A DNA stretch of 63,624 nt, the filler included, from Octopus bimaculoides (lineage: Eukaryota), in the NCBI RefSeq assembly GCF_001194135.2. It is 7 parts of 7 records of this genome, joined end to end, with 100 filler letters (N's around TTAATTAATTAA, not from the genome) between each part and the next. Parts side by side here need not be neighbours in the genome. Positions count along the whole stretch, not along the records: positions 1 to 27,041 come from NC_068987.1; 6 more parts are not named here. One strand, given 5' to 3'. Below the pieces are notes generated by a model. That model did no database searches. It worked only from the letters and a program-made list of their open reading frames with translations, and was not told the origin of the DNA. A program made the translations under genes and the position numbers. This document shows, in pieces, positions 11,106-23,836 of this stretch. How positions within the stretch are numbered: position 1 is the first letter of the stretch; every line of letters starts with the position of its first letter.

Positions 11106-11951
11106 ATGTATGTATGTATGTATGTATGTATGTATGTATGTATGTATGTATGTATGTATGTATGTTTGTATGTATGTAGGTAGGTAGGTAGGTAAGTATA
11201 TGGTGGCAAATTGACAGAATCGTTGGAGCATCGGTTAGAATATCTTGCAGTATTTGTTGTAAGTCTCTGTACTCTGAGTTCAAGTCCATGTTCTAGCGAG
11301 ATATAGAGGTCCCAGATATGCGAACAAAATAGACAAAATAATAGACATACTGATTGATAACTACAGCCATGCATAGAAACATGCATGGCGGAATGCATAC
11401 ACAACAGGTTGGATGTTTATATACATACATACATACATGCATACATGCATACATACATACACATATTTTTGACGTCATAAGAATTTAGAAATCTTGAGAG
11501 ATTGTGAGTTAATTCTATTTTTAGAACGGTGAAACTCCAAGCAGTTAAAGTTAGAAAGAACTGCGAGTAAATTTTGGATTGAAAACCCTTTGGCTAGAGA
11601 AAAATCGAAGGCTGCCCGTGGGACACGAACCCACATCTGTAAACATAACAGTCCTCGACATTTTCTATCGGAAAGCTTTTTAACCCCAATATTTACATGC
11701 TATTAGTTATGGCTTTATTGAAGGCGGCGGGCTGGAAGAATCGCTAGGATCTCGTCTGTTTTTACGTTCTGAGTTCAAATTCCACCGACGTCGACTTGGC
11801 CTTTCATCCTTTTCGCGTCGATAAAATAAGTACCAGCTGAGCACTGGGGTCGATGTAATCGACTATCCCCGAAATTGCTGGCCTTGTGCCAAAATTTGAA
11901 ATTTGAAATTATTTATAGCTTTATTTGCGTCGAGTTTTACAGTTCTCTCCC

Positions 11952-12057
<106 letters not shown>

Positions 12058-12217
12058 CTCTCTCTGTATATATTTATGGATAGTAGGAGCAGGGGAGTAA
12101 AAAGTAGACAGACAGATTTAGAGGGTCAGAAATAGCGAAGTGGAGAGTATTAGAAATATATTGGGTGAAATATTTAAGGAGACATGCCAATAAAACTGCT
12201 AGGATATGTGTATTTAC

Positions 12218-12508
12218 GTTGCATTGTTCTTAAAGCTGATGACATTTGAATTTGCAGCAGTAATGCAGTACATGCCTGCAGCCGTTGCTGTAGTAACTGC
12301 CGCTGCACAATTTGAGGGGTGGCCGTGATGAATGTCAAGAGGATGTAGACCCTGCTGTGATGAGTTGATCTGTAATTGATTGTGATTGCCACCACTGAGA
12401 GATCCGCCGGCTCCATGGTTCGCACACGAGGATGAGTCGGCTCCGACCAGACTCTCTTGTAAACCGTTATTGTATGTCACAGCTGAGATTAAGTCACCAG
12501 GGAAATAC
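12218..12508 (-). CDS. MYRF: MYRF orthologue, N-terminal exon (YFPGDLISAV...NNAT)
   Basis: Acceptor tgtttcatttcag| and donor AC|gtaaat; 291 nt, phase 2 to phase 2, no stops. Joins the 6834 exon in frame (AC+C=Thr). YFPGDLISA resembles vertebrate MYRF CFPDISA. Confidence 0.8.
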
Positions 12509-12844
12509 CTGAAATGAAACAGAAACAAGGATTTATTTGGACTAAAAATGGTGATAGTTTCATATATTTATAACTGTCCGTGATAGTTTAATACAATAAT
12601 GTTAAATCGGACCGCCTATTAATCGTCGCTTATTCGATGCTGACTTGACGTCAGACGTTTCTCTCTTTCTCTTTCTGATTAAGCATGTATGTATTTCTCT
12701 TTATGTGTACGAAGAGAGAAAAGTGTTTATGTCAGGTTTGGTCAACGTTTTTGAGTAGCGGGCCACATAAGACATGGATCATCATCAAACGAGCCGCACT
12801 ACTAAAAGCATTCAAAGTAATTTTTCACGTGGTGTATCACTTAC

Positions 12845-12873
12845 AAAGCCCCTGCGAGTCGCAGTTTGCTCAT
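12845..12873 (-). CDS. Candidate (alternative) first coding exon of MYRF, MSKLRLAGA
   Basis: gccATG context and donor TT|gtaagt; phase 2 joins exon 12508 in frame. No homology support. Confidence 0.35.
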
Positions 12874-13379
12874 GGCTAGTTTTTGTCAATCGTATTCAAT
12901 TAATAAATTGTAATATCCTTCATGCTCCCTCTCTCTCGCTCTGTCTATCTGTATGTGTATAATTTTGCGTGTGGCCTCCAGTGCTAAAAACTATTGCCAC
13001 CAAAATAGGCTTAATGTTAAGTCAGCTGTGCCAAACAGCATCCAAACAGTCGCACCTAATAGTTTCATTATCTCCCTTGTATATGACTTCTATGAATTTA
13101 TTTAAACAGAATACCAAATGACTTATAGCCAAACGCTACTGCGAGAATATTTGAATGATGTCGATTTTAACTATTATATTCAGATATTCAATCAACAGAA
13201 CTTATATTAAATTAACCTGTAACTGACTGAGTATTCCACAGACGCGAATCAACATATATATATATATTTGTATATATATATATATATATTTGTATATATA
13301 TATATATATATTTGTATATATACACACACACAAACACATATCTTGCAAGATTATTTTAGTCACTTAATTTTACATGTTT

Positions 13380-14202
13380 ACACATTTATTGCCTTCAAAG
13401 TATCCTCCATTTGAAACAAATCGGTCGAGGTGCGTTTTCTAACATTCGAAGCAGTGTTGGAACTCTTGCGAAGTGATGCCTTTTAACGCCTCTGTCTTGG
13501 TTTCCTTCACCTCTTCCACATTTGCAAATTCCGTAGCACCGGTGATGATCTTCGAAAATAGGTCCGGATCAACTTCCATTTGTTCTTTCAATTCACGACA
13601 CGCATTCAGTCATGACTGCTTTTGACCTTCCGTGAGCAAGCGAGGCACAAATTTTACTGCAGCTGTTTTCATTCGCAATTCCTCTCACAAAATTCGTTGG
13701 CAAGAACTCCAGGACAAACCAAACTTATCAACAAGTTCGAAAATTGCTCGGTGATGGTCCTCCAAGATCAGTTCATGAATTTTCATATTTTCATTCGTTC
13801 GGGAGGTCGATGGTCGTCCTACACAAAGTTGGTCTTCAAGTGAAAAGTGGTCATTCCTAAAGCGTGAAAACCACTCGCAAACTTGTGTTTTGCTCATAGT
13901 AGCGGCCTTGTAAGCTGTTAAAAAGATGACAACTGTTTCGGCCGCCGTTTTCCCCACCAAAAAACAGAATTTCACGTAAGCACGCTCTTCCTTCGTTTCA
14001 CCCATCGCAAAAATCGATGAACTTGGGAGAAGCACTATAAAACAAAGGCGCATCACGTGGCAGTACGACCCCACTGAGCAACGCCGGTCGGCAGACTGAA
14101 GGCCGAAGGTCGCACCAAGTGGCTTCTAGCGGCGGAAGCCTGAACTACAACGGTCTTGTCCCACAGAGAACGTTTCCAGTTACTTTTCGTTACTCCCTCG
14201 TA
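13380..14202 (-). mobile_element. Mariner transposon, internally deleted
   Basis: 5' TIR TACGAGGGAGTAACGAAAAG at 14202-14183. ORF 13685-14074 has ERAYVKFCFLVGKTAAET...WFSRF...GRPSTS, followed by KFVPRLLT. IITG joins directly to the C-terminal EEVK..EAL..I...CF...YFEG near 13535-13540. Confidence 0.9.
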
Positions 14203-14446
14203 TATGCTAATGTTTTACTCGTCGTATGAGGTGTAACTTTGAGAGTAAACTTTGGCCATCATGGGTAATTCAAATTTAAGTTGAATTATAAATATTGTAT
14301 ATTTGGCATGTTTTCTGATATTTGCCATGGAACCAAAAGTATGTTAATTTTATTGAAGCATCATTTGTATATTAATTTGAAACGCTTTGCTAAAAGTTCT
14401 TAAGTTAGCAAATAACTAAGTAATTAATACTAAAAAGAAAATGATA

Positions 14447-14484
14447 TACTCTACTGATGAACGGCTTGAAATGTGTCTAAAGAA
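14447..14484 (+). ncRNA. Decayed minimal type I hammerhead ribozyme motif
   Basis: tactcta-CTGATGA-acggctt-GAAA-tgt-GTC-taaagaa; stem I partly paired; GAAATGTGTC equals GAAACGCGTC after two CpG>TpG changes. Confidence 0.4.
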
Positions 14485-15881
14485 AATATCCATTACAACG
14501 AGTATTGACTATTGCAGAATGTTTTTCAGATACAACCAACTACTGTGTCATTTCCTCCTCTTCCTATCTTTTTCCTCCTTCTTCGCTTTCTACGATTCTT
14601 TCTCAAACTGTGTATGGGTATATTTCCTTTACTCATTGTCTGCCATCAAGCCCAGTGTGTGCACTTACCTTGCACCTATCTCTCTGTATCTATCTTATAC
14701 TCTTTTAACCCTCTCTCTACCCCTCTCTCTCTCTCTGCGATATAAAGCGTGATTGGAGAAATCAACCAACTAAACAACATTTGTATCGGCTATTATATAA
14801 ACACACACACACACACATGCACGCATATGGAGAGAGAAGGAGAGAAAAAGAAAGATAGATATACGTATAAACACATACACACATACACACATACACACTC
14901 ACTAATGCATATGTGCAAATCGTCTCTTGATTTGAATTTTTGATTTCATTTTGATGTCATATCNNNNNNNNNNGTCTCTTGATTTGAATTTTTGATTTCA
15001 TTTTGATGTCATATCCTCAATGCATGGTCAGAATGAACAAATAGTTAAAGAAAGAGGTGTATATATGTATGTAATACATGTATGTATGTATGTATGTATA
15101 TGTATGACTGTAAATCTGTATCTAATTCTACATATATATAAATTTTTTTTCGAACTATTAACCTCAGCTTTATAAATAATAAAAAAAACTCTTAATATTT
15201 AAATCTACACTACATTTCGATCGGTTTGATATCCGAGCATCATCAGGTGTCTTATTCTCTGATATGTATATGACTGTATTCGAACTAAGAATATTTATTT
15301 CTGAAGTAATTGTAGGAATTCTCTTACACAAGAATTCTCTTACAGTTAGTGGAAAACAGCATAACTACAAATAGTTTTAAAATGAAGACTCCTTGTTCAA
15401 ATACGGCCCTTTACTCTGCATTAGGTTATCAGATAAATTCGTTCGTTTTTAAACTTTTTTTCTTTATAACATTTCCAATATTATTTCAATTGAAACACAC
15501 ATATACATAAAAAAAAAACTTATCGTAATATTTTGTTTTTTCTTTATGTACCTCTATACTTCCTTTACAAATTTTGCTTATCCGTATAGCTATAGAATGT
15601 CATGTAGAAAAAACCGAATGAATTTATCTGACAAAATAATAGATATCCAGGAATATGATGCCTGCTGACGATCGCTGATCGAATCCATTGAAACGTAATC
15701 CAGATTGCAATCCTGTAGCTAATAATTCAGCTCAGATACTGGGTTAATAAATACTGTTTATATGTATGTATGTATGCATGTATGTATGCATACATGTATG
15801 CTTGTACGCATGCGTGCATAAATATATTATCTATATATGCATATAGATATAAGTTTATATATGTGTGTATATATAGATATA

Positions 15882-15918
<37 letters not shown>

Positions 15919-17847
15919 ACACATATGTATGTATAGTCTGTCATACCGGCCATGATGAAATACCACAAGGTAAAGAAAATACGTATTCGCCTTTATATAT
16001 TTAATCCTTTATATTGAACACTCAATATTTCATCTATTCAATAAGACATATTCCATATATTCAAAAGACATTCAATACTTTATTTCATTGTACCATCCAT
16101 TTTTATTTTATATTATATATTGTATATTCCATATTCTATATCCCACATTGGTTTTGCAGGAATATAAATAAAACAAAAAAAAACAGACAGAGTTGGAACT
16201 CTTTTAAACAAAATAATATATTCCTCTATACACAATCATACAAAACCCCTTTTTTTGTATTTATTTTTACTCTCTCANNNNNNNNNNNNNNNNNNNNNNN
16301 NNNNNNNNNNNNNNNNNNNNNNNNNNNNNNNNNNNNNNNNNNNNNNNNNNNNNNNNNNNNNNNNNNNNNNNNNNNNNNNNNNNNNNNNNNNNNNNNNNNN
16401 NNNNNNNNNNNNNNNNNNNNNNNNNNNNNNNNNNNNNNNNNNNNNNNNNNNNNNNNNNNNNNNNNNNNNNNNNNNNNNNNNNNNNNNNNNNNNNNNNNNN
16501 NNNNNNNNNNNNNNNNNNNNNNNNNNNNNNNNNNNNNNNNNNNNNNNNNNNNNNNNNNNNNNNNNNNNNNNNNNNNNNNNNNNNNNNNNNNNNNNNNNNN
16601 NNNNNNNNNNNNNNNNNNNNNNNNNNNNNNNNNNNNNNNNNNNNNNNNNNNNNNNNNNNNNNNNNNNNNNNNNNNNNNNNNNNNNNNNNNNNNNNNNNNN
16701 NNNNNNNNNNNNNNNNNNNNNNNNNNNNNNNNNNNNNNNNNNNNNNNNNNNNNNNNNNNNNNNNNNNNNNNNNNNNNNNNNNNNNNNNNNNNNNNNNNNN
16801 NNNNNNNNNNNNNNNNNNNNNNNNNNNNNNNNNNNNNNNNNNNNNNNTGGTGTAAATAACAAAAGGATGTATTAGTATGACGCTCGGGAATACGGAAAGT
16901 CTTTGACGTTTCGAGCTACGCTCTTCAACAGAAAGAATACGGAGACAAGGAGAAAAACACGGAGAAAAAAATTGAATAGTGTTCAGTCAACGGTCAATCA
17001 TAGTAATCAATCATAGTATATATATATATATATATATTATACACACACACACGCACACACACATATATATATAATATAATATAATATAATATACACATAT
17101 GTCGGCGCATAGGCGTTTGACAAAGACAGAAAGAAGTACTCAATATACAATAGTATAGTTCATGCACTTTTTAAAGACTGATGCTTCACTCTGTAGCTCT
17201 CTGAGTTCACTTTTCAGTCTTTTGTGGTGGGAATACGAAATTTAGGTGTCATAAATGAAAATATGTATGTATGTGTTGTTTGCAAAAACAAAACAAACAA
17301 AAAAAAGCAAAAAAAAAAAAAAAAAACAGAAAGGGCTGAATGTAACTGCGGAGTCTCAACTTAGTTGTCTTTCTCAAGAATGGGTACTCAAATGCTTAAA
17401 TGTATTAAGGGAACCGCCAATAAATGCTTGACTGTTTTTCTTTTTCATATATAACTCTATATAAATACAAACATTTATACATACATACATACACAAACAC
17501 GTGCGCGCACACACACGGGCACACACACGCACGCACACACATATGTGTATATGCATGTATATTACACACACACACACACATATATGTATATATATATATA
17601 TATATATATACATAGAGACGCGAAGTTATGATACAGTGCATGAACAGCAAACAACCAGTTACAGTAGATCTCATTTTATGTATGCGTTCTACGTATCTAC
17701 GTATGTATGTATATGTGTGTGGTGTGTGTGTATATACATATATAAACACCTCGCACGTGTGTGTGCGTGTGTGCATGCGTGTGTGTGAGATCGTGTGTGT
17801 TTGTGATTTTGTGTTCATTTGTGTGTACGTTCCAAAACTGTACTTAC

Positions 17848-17879
17848 CTAAATCTTCCAAACTGCTTCCTGATATCCAT
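17848..17879 (-). CDS. Candidate alternative first coding exon of MYRF, MDIRKQFGRF
   Basis: Perfect AG|gtaagt donor at the edge of a non-repetitive island (about 17830-18330); phase 2 is compatible with exon 12508. No homology support. Confidence 0.25.
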
Positions 17880-19214
17880 ATAATAATTATAAGGAAAAGT
17901 GACCGCCTGATTAAATAATGTCCAGCTTAACCCTTCTTGTTTCTGTAGTGGTTATCTCAGCCAACAGTCTCTGCTGTAGATGCCGATACACTATCACCCA
18001 GATTCAGTGCTTGGCTCTATTGCACACCGCCCGTTTTCAACTAGCATTTTGCTTTTCTTTTCTATACTTGTCTTTGACGCAACACGTACTATCGTTGCGT
18101 GTGCCAGCACGAGTTTGTTTTATCCGTACGACTTGTATATCGCTAACAGCTTAAGTAGTCCTTATAGCGTACCCGGCTTGACGTATGTACACTAATGTAC
18201 AGTTTAAATATGCTTGGGTGTCGCAATAAGTGTGGTCGGGTGGTTGAGTGTCTTGAGTAAGTTTACTCTTTAACTGAAGTGAAAATCTTTGTCTTGTTTT
18301 TTTTATTTTATTTTTCACTTACACGCGGTCACTTCATATACATGCACGTATATACTTAACCACAAATGCACAAGTATATACACGCATGCACATAACATAC
18401 ATACATACAAACATATATGTGCGTATGTATATATATAATTATGTATATGCGTGTCTATGCGTATGTTATATATATGTATGTATGCATGTATAAATATGTG
18501 TGTATGTATGTATGTATGTATATATATTCACAAGTACATCAAGATTGTAGTTTGAAGCAGATTTTGGCTTTAGTTGGTTATATATGTATGTATATATGTA
18601 TATAAGATATATATATATATATGTATGTATATATAGATATGTATGTATGTACATATATGTGTATGTATGTATGTATGTATATGTATGTACGTATGTATGT
18701 ATATGTGTGTATGTATGTATAGATATGTATATATATTTACAAGTACATCAAGATTGTAGTTTGAAGCAGATTTTGGCTTTAGTTGGTTATATACGTATGT
18801 ATATAAGATATATATATATATGTATGTATAGATATGTATATATGTGTGTGTATGTATGTATGTATGTGTATGTATGTGTATGTATGTATGTATATATATG
18901 TGTGTATGTATGTATGTACGTATGTATGTATATGTGTGTATGTATGTNNNNNNNNNNNNNNNNNNNNNNNNNNNNNNNNNNNNNNNNNNNNNNNNNNNNN
19001 NNNNNNNNNNNNNNNNNNNNNNNNNNNNNNNNNNNNNNNNNNNNNNNNNNNNNNNNNNNNNNNNNNNNNNNNNNNNNNNNNNNNNNNNNNNNNNNNNNNN
19101 NNNNNNNNNNNNNNNNNNNNNNNNNNNNNNNNNNNNNNNNNNNNNNTCCCTTTCTCTTACCGTCTCCTACCTCACCCGTTACTGTTGTAAACCTTTAGTT
19201 GAAATATAATAACA

Positions 19215-19217
<3 letters not shown>

Positions 19218-19269
<52 letters not shown>

Positions 19270-19379
19270 GAGATACAGCTAGTACGAGCTAGTTTGACTA
19301 TTTCTTCTTCTTCTTCTTCTTCTTCTTCTTCTTCTTCTTCTTCTTCTTCTTCTTCTTCTTCTTCTTCTTCTTCTTCTTC
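19218..19379. repeat. (AAT)n and (TTC)n microsatellites; the window also holds many (CA)n, (TA)n, (ATGT)n, (TATC)n, (CT)n, (ACT)n and (ATG)-rich tracts
   Basis: Read directly, e.g. 8294-8371, 9473-9551, 9626-9682, 11101-11165, 11966-12052, 26545-26700, 39320-39405. Confidence 0.95.
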
Positions 19380-21270
19380 CATGTACCCTTGTTTTGTTTT
19401 CTTCTTTCTTATCCCTACAGAAAATAGCACTTGTTTCGGCACCACCGCCCCCCCCACTAACAACAACGACAACGATAGTAACAATAGACAACATGAACAC
19501 TCATACCACTATCATCAACATCACCAAAGCTTTTGTGAACAACATTAGCATAGCAGCCAAATCTCCCTCAATTTATACTTTACGGTTCTATTTAATCCTT
19601 AAACGACAAGGTAGTCGTTTAGATCATTTCGATCAGGTTTGACCTTGGGCTAAACAACACCAACACCACCACCATCTCCAAACCATGTCTAGTTACACCA
19701 ATATCACTACCACCACCACCACCAACGTGACCACCACCACCACCACCGCAACAACGACGACGACGACGACGACCACCACCACTGCCTCCGCTACCGCCGC
19801 CACCTCCGCCGCCGCTGCCGCCACCACCACCACNNNNNNNNNNNNNNNNNNNNNNNNNNNNNNNNNNNNNNNNNNNNNNNNNNNNNNNNNNNNNNNNNNN
19901 NNNNNNNNNNNNNNNNNNNNNNNNNNNNNNNNNNNNNNNNNNNNNNNNNNNNNNNNNNNNNNNNNNNNNNNNNNNNNNNNNNNNNNNNNNNNNNNNNNNN
20001 NNNNNNNNNNNNNNNNNNNNNNNNNNNNNNNNNNNNNNNNNNNNNNNNNNNNNNNNNNNNNNNNNNNNNNNNNNNNNNNNNNNNNNNNNNNNNNNNNNNN
20101 NNNNNNNNNNNNNNNNNNNNNNNNNNNNNNNNNNNNNNNNNNNNNNNNNNNNNNNNNNNNNNNNNNNNNNNNNNNNNNNNNNNNNNNNNNNNNNNNNNNN
20201 NNNNNNNNNNNNNNNNNNNNNNNNNNNNNNNNNNNNNNNNNNNNNNNNNNNNNNNNNNNNNNNNNNNNNNNNNNNNNNNNNNNNNNNNNNNNNNNNNNNN
20301 NNNNNNNNNNNNNNNNNNNNNNNNNNNNNNNNNNNNNNNNNNNNNNNNNNNNNNNNNNNNNNNNNNNNNNNNNNNNNNNNNNNNNNNNNNNNNNNNNNNN
20401 NNNNNNNNNNNNNNNNNNNNNNNNNNNNNNNNNNNNNNNNNNNNNNNNNNNNNNNNNNNNNNNNNNNNNNNNNNNNNNNNNNNNNNNNNNNNNNNNNNNN
20501 NNNNNNNNNNNNNNNNNNNNNNNNNNNNNNNNNNNNNNNNNNNNNNNNNNNNNNNNNNNNNNNNNNNNNNNNNNNNNNNNNNNNNNNNNNNNNNNNNNNN
20601 NNNNNNNNNNNNNNNNNNNNNNNNNNNNNNNNNNNNNNNNNNNNNNNNNNNNNNNNNNNNNNNNNNNNNNNNNNNNNNNNNNNNNNNNNNNNNNNNNNNN
20701 NNNNNNNNNNNNNNNNNNNNNNNNNNNNNNNNNNNNNNNNNNNNNNNNNNNNNNNNNNNNNNNNNNNNNNNNNNNNNNNNNNNNNNNNCACATACATACA
20801 TACATGCATAATACATACATACATATATACATACAAACACACACACATACATACATACATACATACATACATACATAATACAAACACACACACATACACA
20901 CACACATGCATACATAATACATAATACATACATACATATATACATACAAACACACACACATATATACATACATACATACATACATACATACATACAAGCA
21001 CACATACATACATACATACATACAAACACACACACATACATACATACATACATACATACATACATAAATATATAAATATATATATATGTGTGTGTGTGTG
21101 TGTATATATAAATACACAGGCATATTTTCTCTTCTACTCTCACATGCAAATTTACAGGTACACACACATGTTTTCTCTCTCTCCCTCTCTTCTTTCTCTC
21201 TCTCCCTTTCTTCTTTCTCTCTATCTCTCATATGTATGTATGCATATATATCTATATCTCTCTCCCTCCC

Positions 21271-21302
<32 letters not shown>

Positions 21303-21910
21303 GTATATATATCTATCTATCTATATATAAATGCATAGCTGTACATATATAGCCTCGACAAGAAAGATAATGTACCACAAGTAGACATACATACACAGGC
21401 ATACACACGTATACATACAGGCAAGCGGATACATTTCAACACACATGCACATATACATACGTGCATAGATAAACACATATATACAGACATACATAAACAC
21501 ATACATACACGCACAAACACGTCATGTGTGAAGTCATCTCCAGTTGCATGTTAACGAATGTCTCTCGATCTTCTGAAGCTAACATCTAAATTCCATTAAA
21601 CCATAACCTTACAATCTGAAAAATGAAGGCCACATTAGTATAGATATACAATCCCTTTCCTTTCTTTTTCCGGATCTTTTTTAAAACGGGGGCCACATTT
21701 TTCATTAACGAAACACTTTGAAACTTGGAACACTGGTAGAATGTGTCATATAAAACATCTTTTTCTCTTAGTCTTCTTTAAAAAAAAAGAAATCCATAAG
21801 TTATTCCATGTTAAAGTTGTCGTATTTCTGTAATTTCAACCAATCACTGACGTCCATTCAGCCGATATACATTAAGTGCCGACTACATAAACAAACGATT
21901 CTGAAACAAT

Positions 21911-21972
21911 TAACCCTAACCCTAACCCTAACCCTAACCCTAACCCTAGGGTTAGGGTTAGGGTTAGGGTTA
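21911..21972. repeat. Interstitial telomere-like palindrome (TAACCC)6 followed by (AGGGTT)4
   Basis: Read directly; perfect 50-bp palindrome 21923-21972 centred on CCCT|AGGG. Confidence 0.95.
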
Positions 21973-23792
21973 AAGCAAATTTAAAATGAAAAAAGCAAAT
22001 AAAACGAAGGTATGGAGATTAAATANNNNNNNNNNNNNNNNNNNNNNNNNNNNNNNNNNNNNNNNNNNNNNNNNNNNNNNNNNNNNNNNNNNNNNNNNNN
22101 NNNNNNNNNNNNNNNNNNNNNNNNNNNNNNNNNNNNNNNNNNNNNNNNNNNNNNNNNNNNNNNNNNNNNNNNNNNNNNNNNNNNNNNNNNNNNNNNNNNN
22201 NNNNNNNNNNNNNNNNNNNNNNNNNNNNNNNNNNNNNNNNNNNNNNNNNNNNNNNNNNNNNNNNNNNNNNNNNNNNNNNNNNNNNNNNNNNNNNNNNNNN
22301 NNNNNNNNNNNNNNNNNNNNNNNNNNNNNNNNNNNNNNNNNNNNNNNNNNNNNNNNNNNNNNNNNNNNNNNNNNNNNNNNNNNNNNNNNNNNNNNNNNNN
22401 NNNNNNNNNNNNNNCCTCCTCCCCTACCCCGCCCCTGTTATTATGAGGATCGTCTGCTCTCGAATACCGTGGATCGCCATCTTGGTCTTACCGTGCTGTC
22501 CTTACACATTTACAACACTTTAAGTCTGTCCATTCCTTGTTATCCATCTACATAATTTCTGGTTTTCCCTTTTCTTATTTTGCCTTAATTTTGCCTTCTA
22601 TAGATTTCTGTAAATCTAAGTCTGTAAACCTCTATATACTTTGTAAGCCATTTTCGTTTTCTGTAAGTCTCAGTAAACAATTTTTCTAGTTAAGTCGAAG
22701 TACAACAGTTTTTCTTTATTTGTTGGAGTCAAATAAAATTTTCTTAAATTTTCCCACTTTTAGGTCTAAATCATTGGTTTATACCCTGCCTATGATATTT
22801 TCAAAAAACTTCTATAGGCGTAGGCAAGGCTCAGCGGTTTAAAAAAGCTCACTTTACAACTTCGTGGTTTTGGGTTCAGCGCCACTGCGCAGCATCTTCG
22901 GCAAGAGTCTTTTATTATATCCCCGAGCTGGCAGAACCGTTAAGGTGCCAGAAAAAAATGTTTAGCGGCAGTTCTTCCGATTTTACGTTTTGTGTTCAAA
23001 TGCCGCCGGGGTTGACTTTGGCTTTCATCCATTAGGAGTCGATAAAATAAGTACCTGTTGAACACTGGGGTCGACTTAACCCCACTCAGAAATTGCTGGC
23101 CCTGTTCCAAAATTTGAAACTAATATTTAATGCATATTAAGATGCCGAGCTGGTAGAATCACCAGCCCACTGGACAAAATACTTAACGGTATTTCGCCCG
23201 TCTTTACGTTCTGAGATCAAATTCCACCAAGGTCGACTTTGCCTTTCGTCCTTTCGGGGTCGATAAAATAAGTAGCAATGAAGCACTGGGGTCGATATAA
23301 TAGATTCGCTCCCTCCTTGCAAACATGCTGGCCTTATGCCAACATTCAAAATCAATAATTAATGTACGTTGATGTAAAGTATGTTTGATATTTTTCAAAT
23401 GTCTTTGTAGCACAACTTATATCAGGAAAACGTCCCCACACGTTACTTTTAAACATGAGCAACACACATTTAGAGCCCTATGGGGCTCTAAACTATCCTT
23501 AACATAGCTGTGACTGCATCCCCAAAATTGACCCGTCTCTTCAGCCTTCAACGATTACTGACTTCCCACAAAGCATTAGTACGGAAGGAGGCAATTAGGT
23601 GTGGCTGTTTGGATGCAGACGATCTGGCATAGCTGGCTGGACATTGAACTTATTTTGGCGAGAGTACGTTTTGACAGAGGAAACAAACACCACACATGCA
23701 CGCGCACGCAGAAATATACATATACAGATAGAGAGAGTGAGGGAGAGACATTATGTTTACATACAAATATAACTAGATACTTACACACATAA

Positions 23793-23836
<44 letters not shown>

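Noticed and set aside
14920-15014. 42-bp direct repeat either side of a 10-N gap
   Set aside because: Typical unmerged contig overlap.
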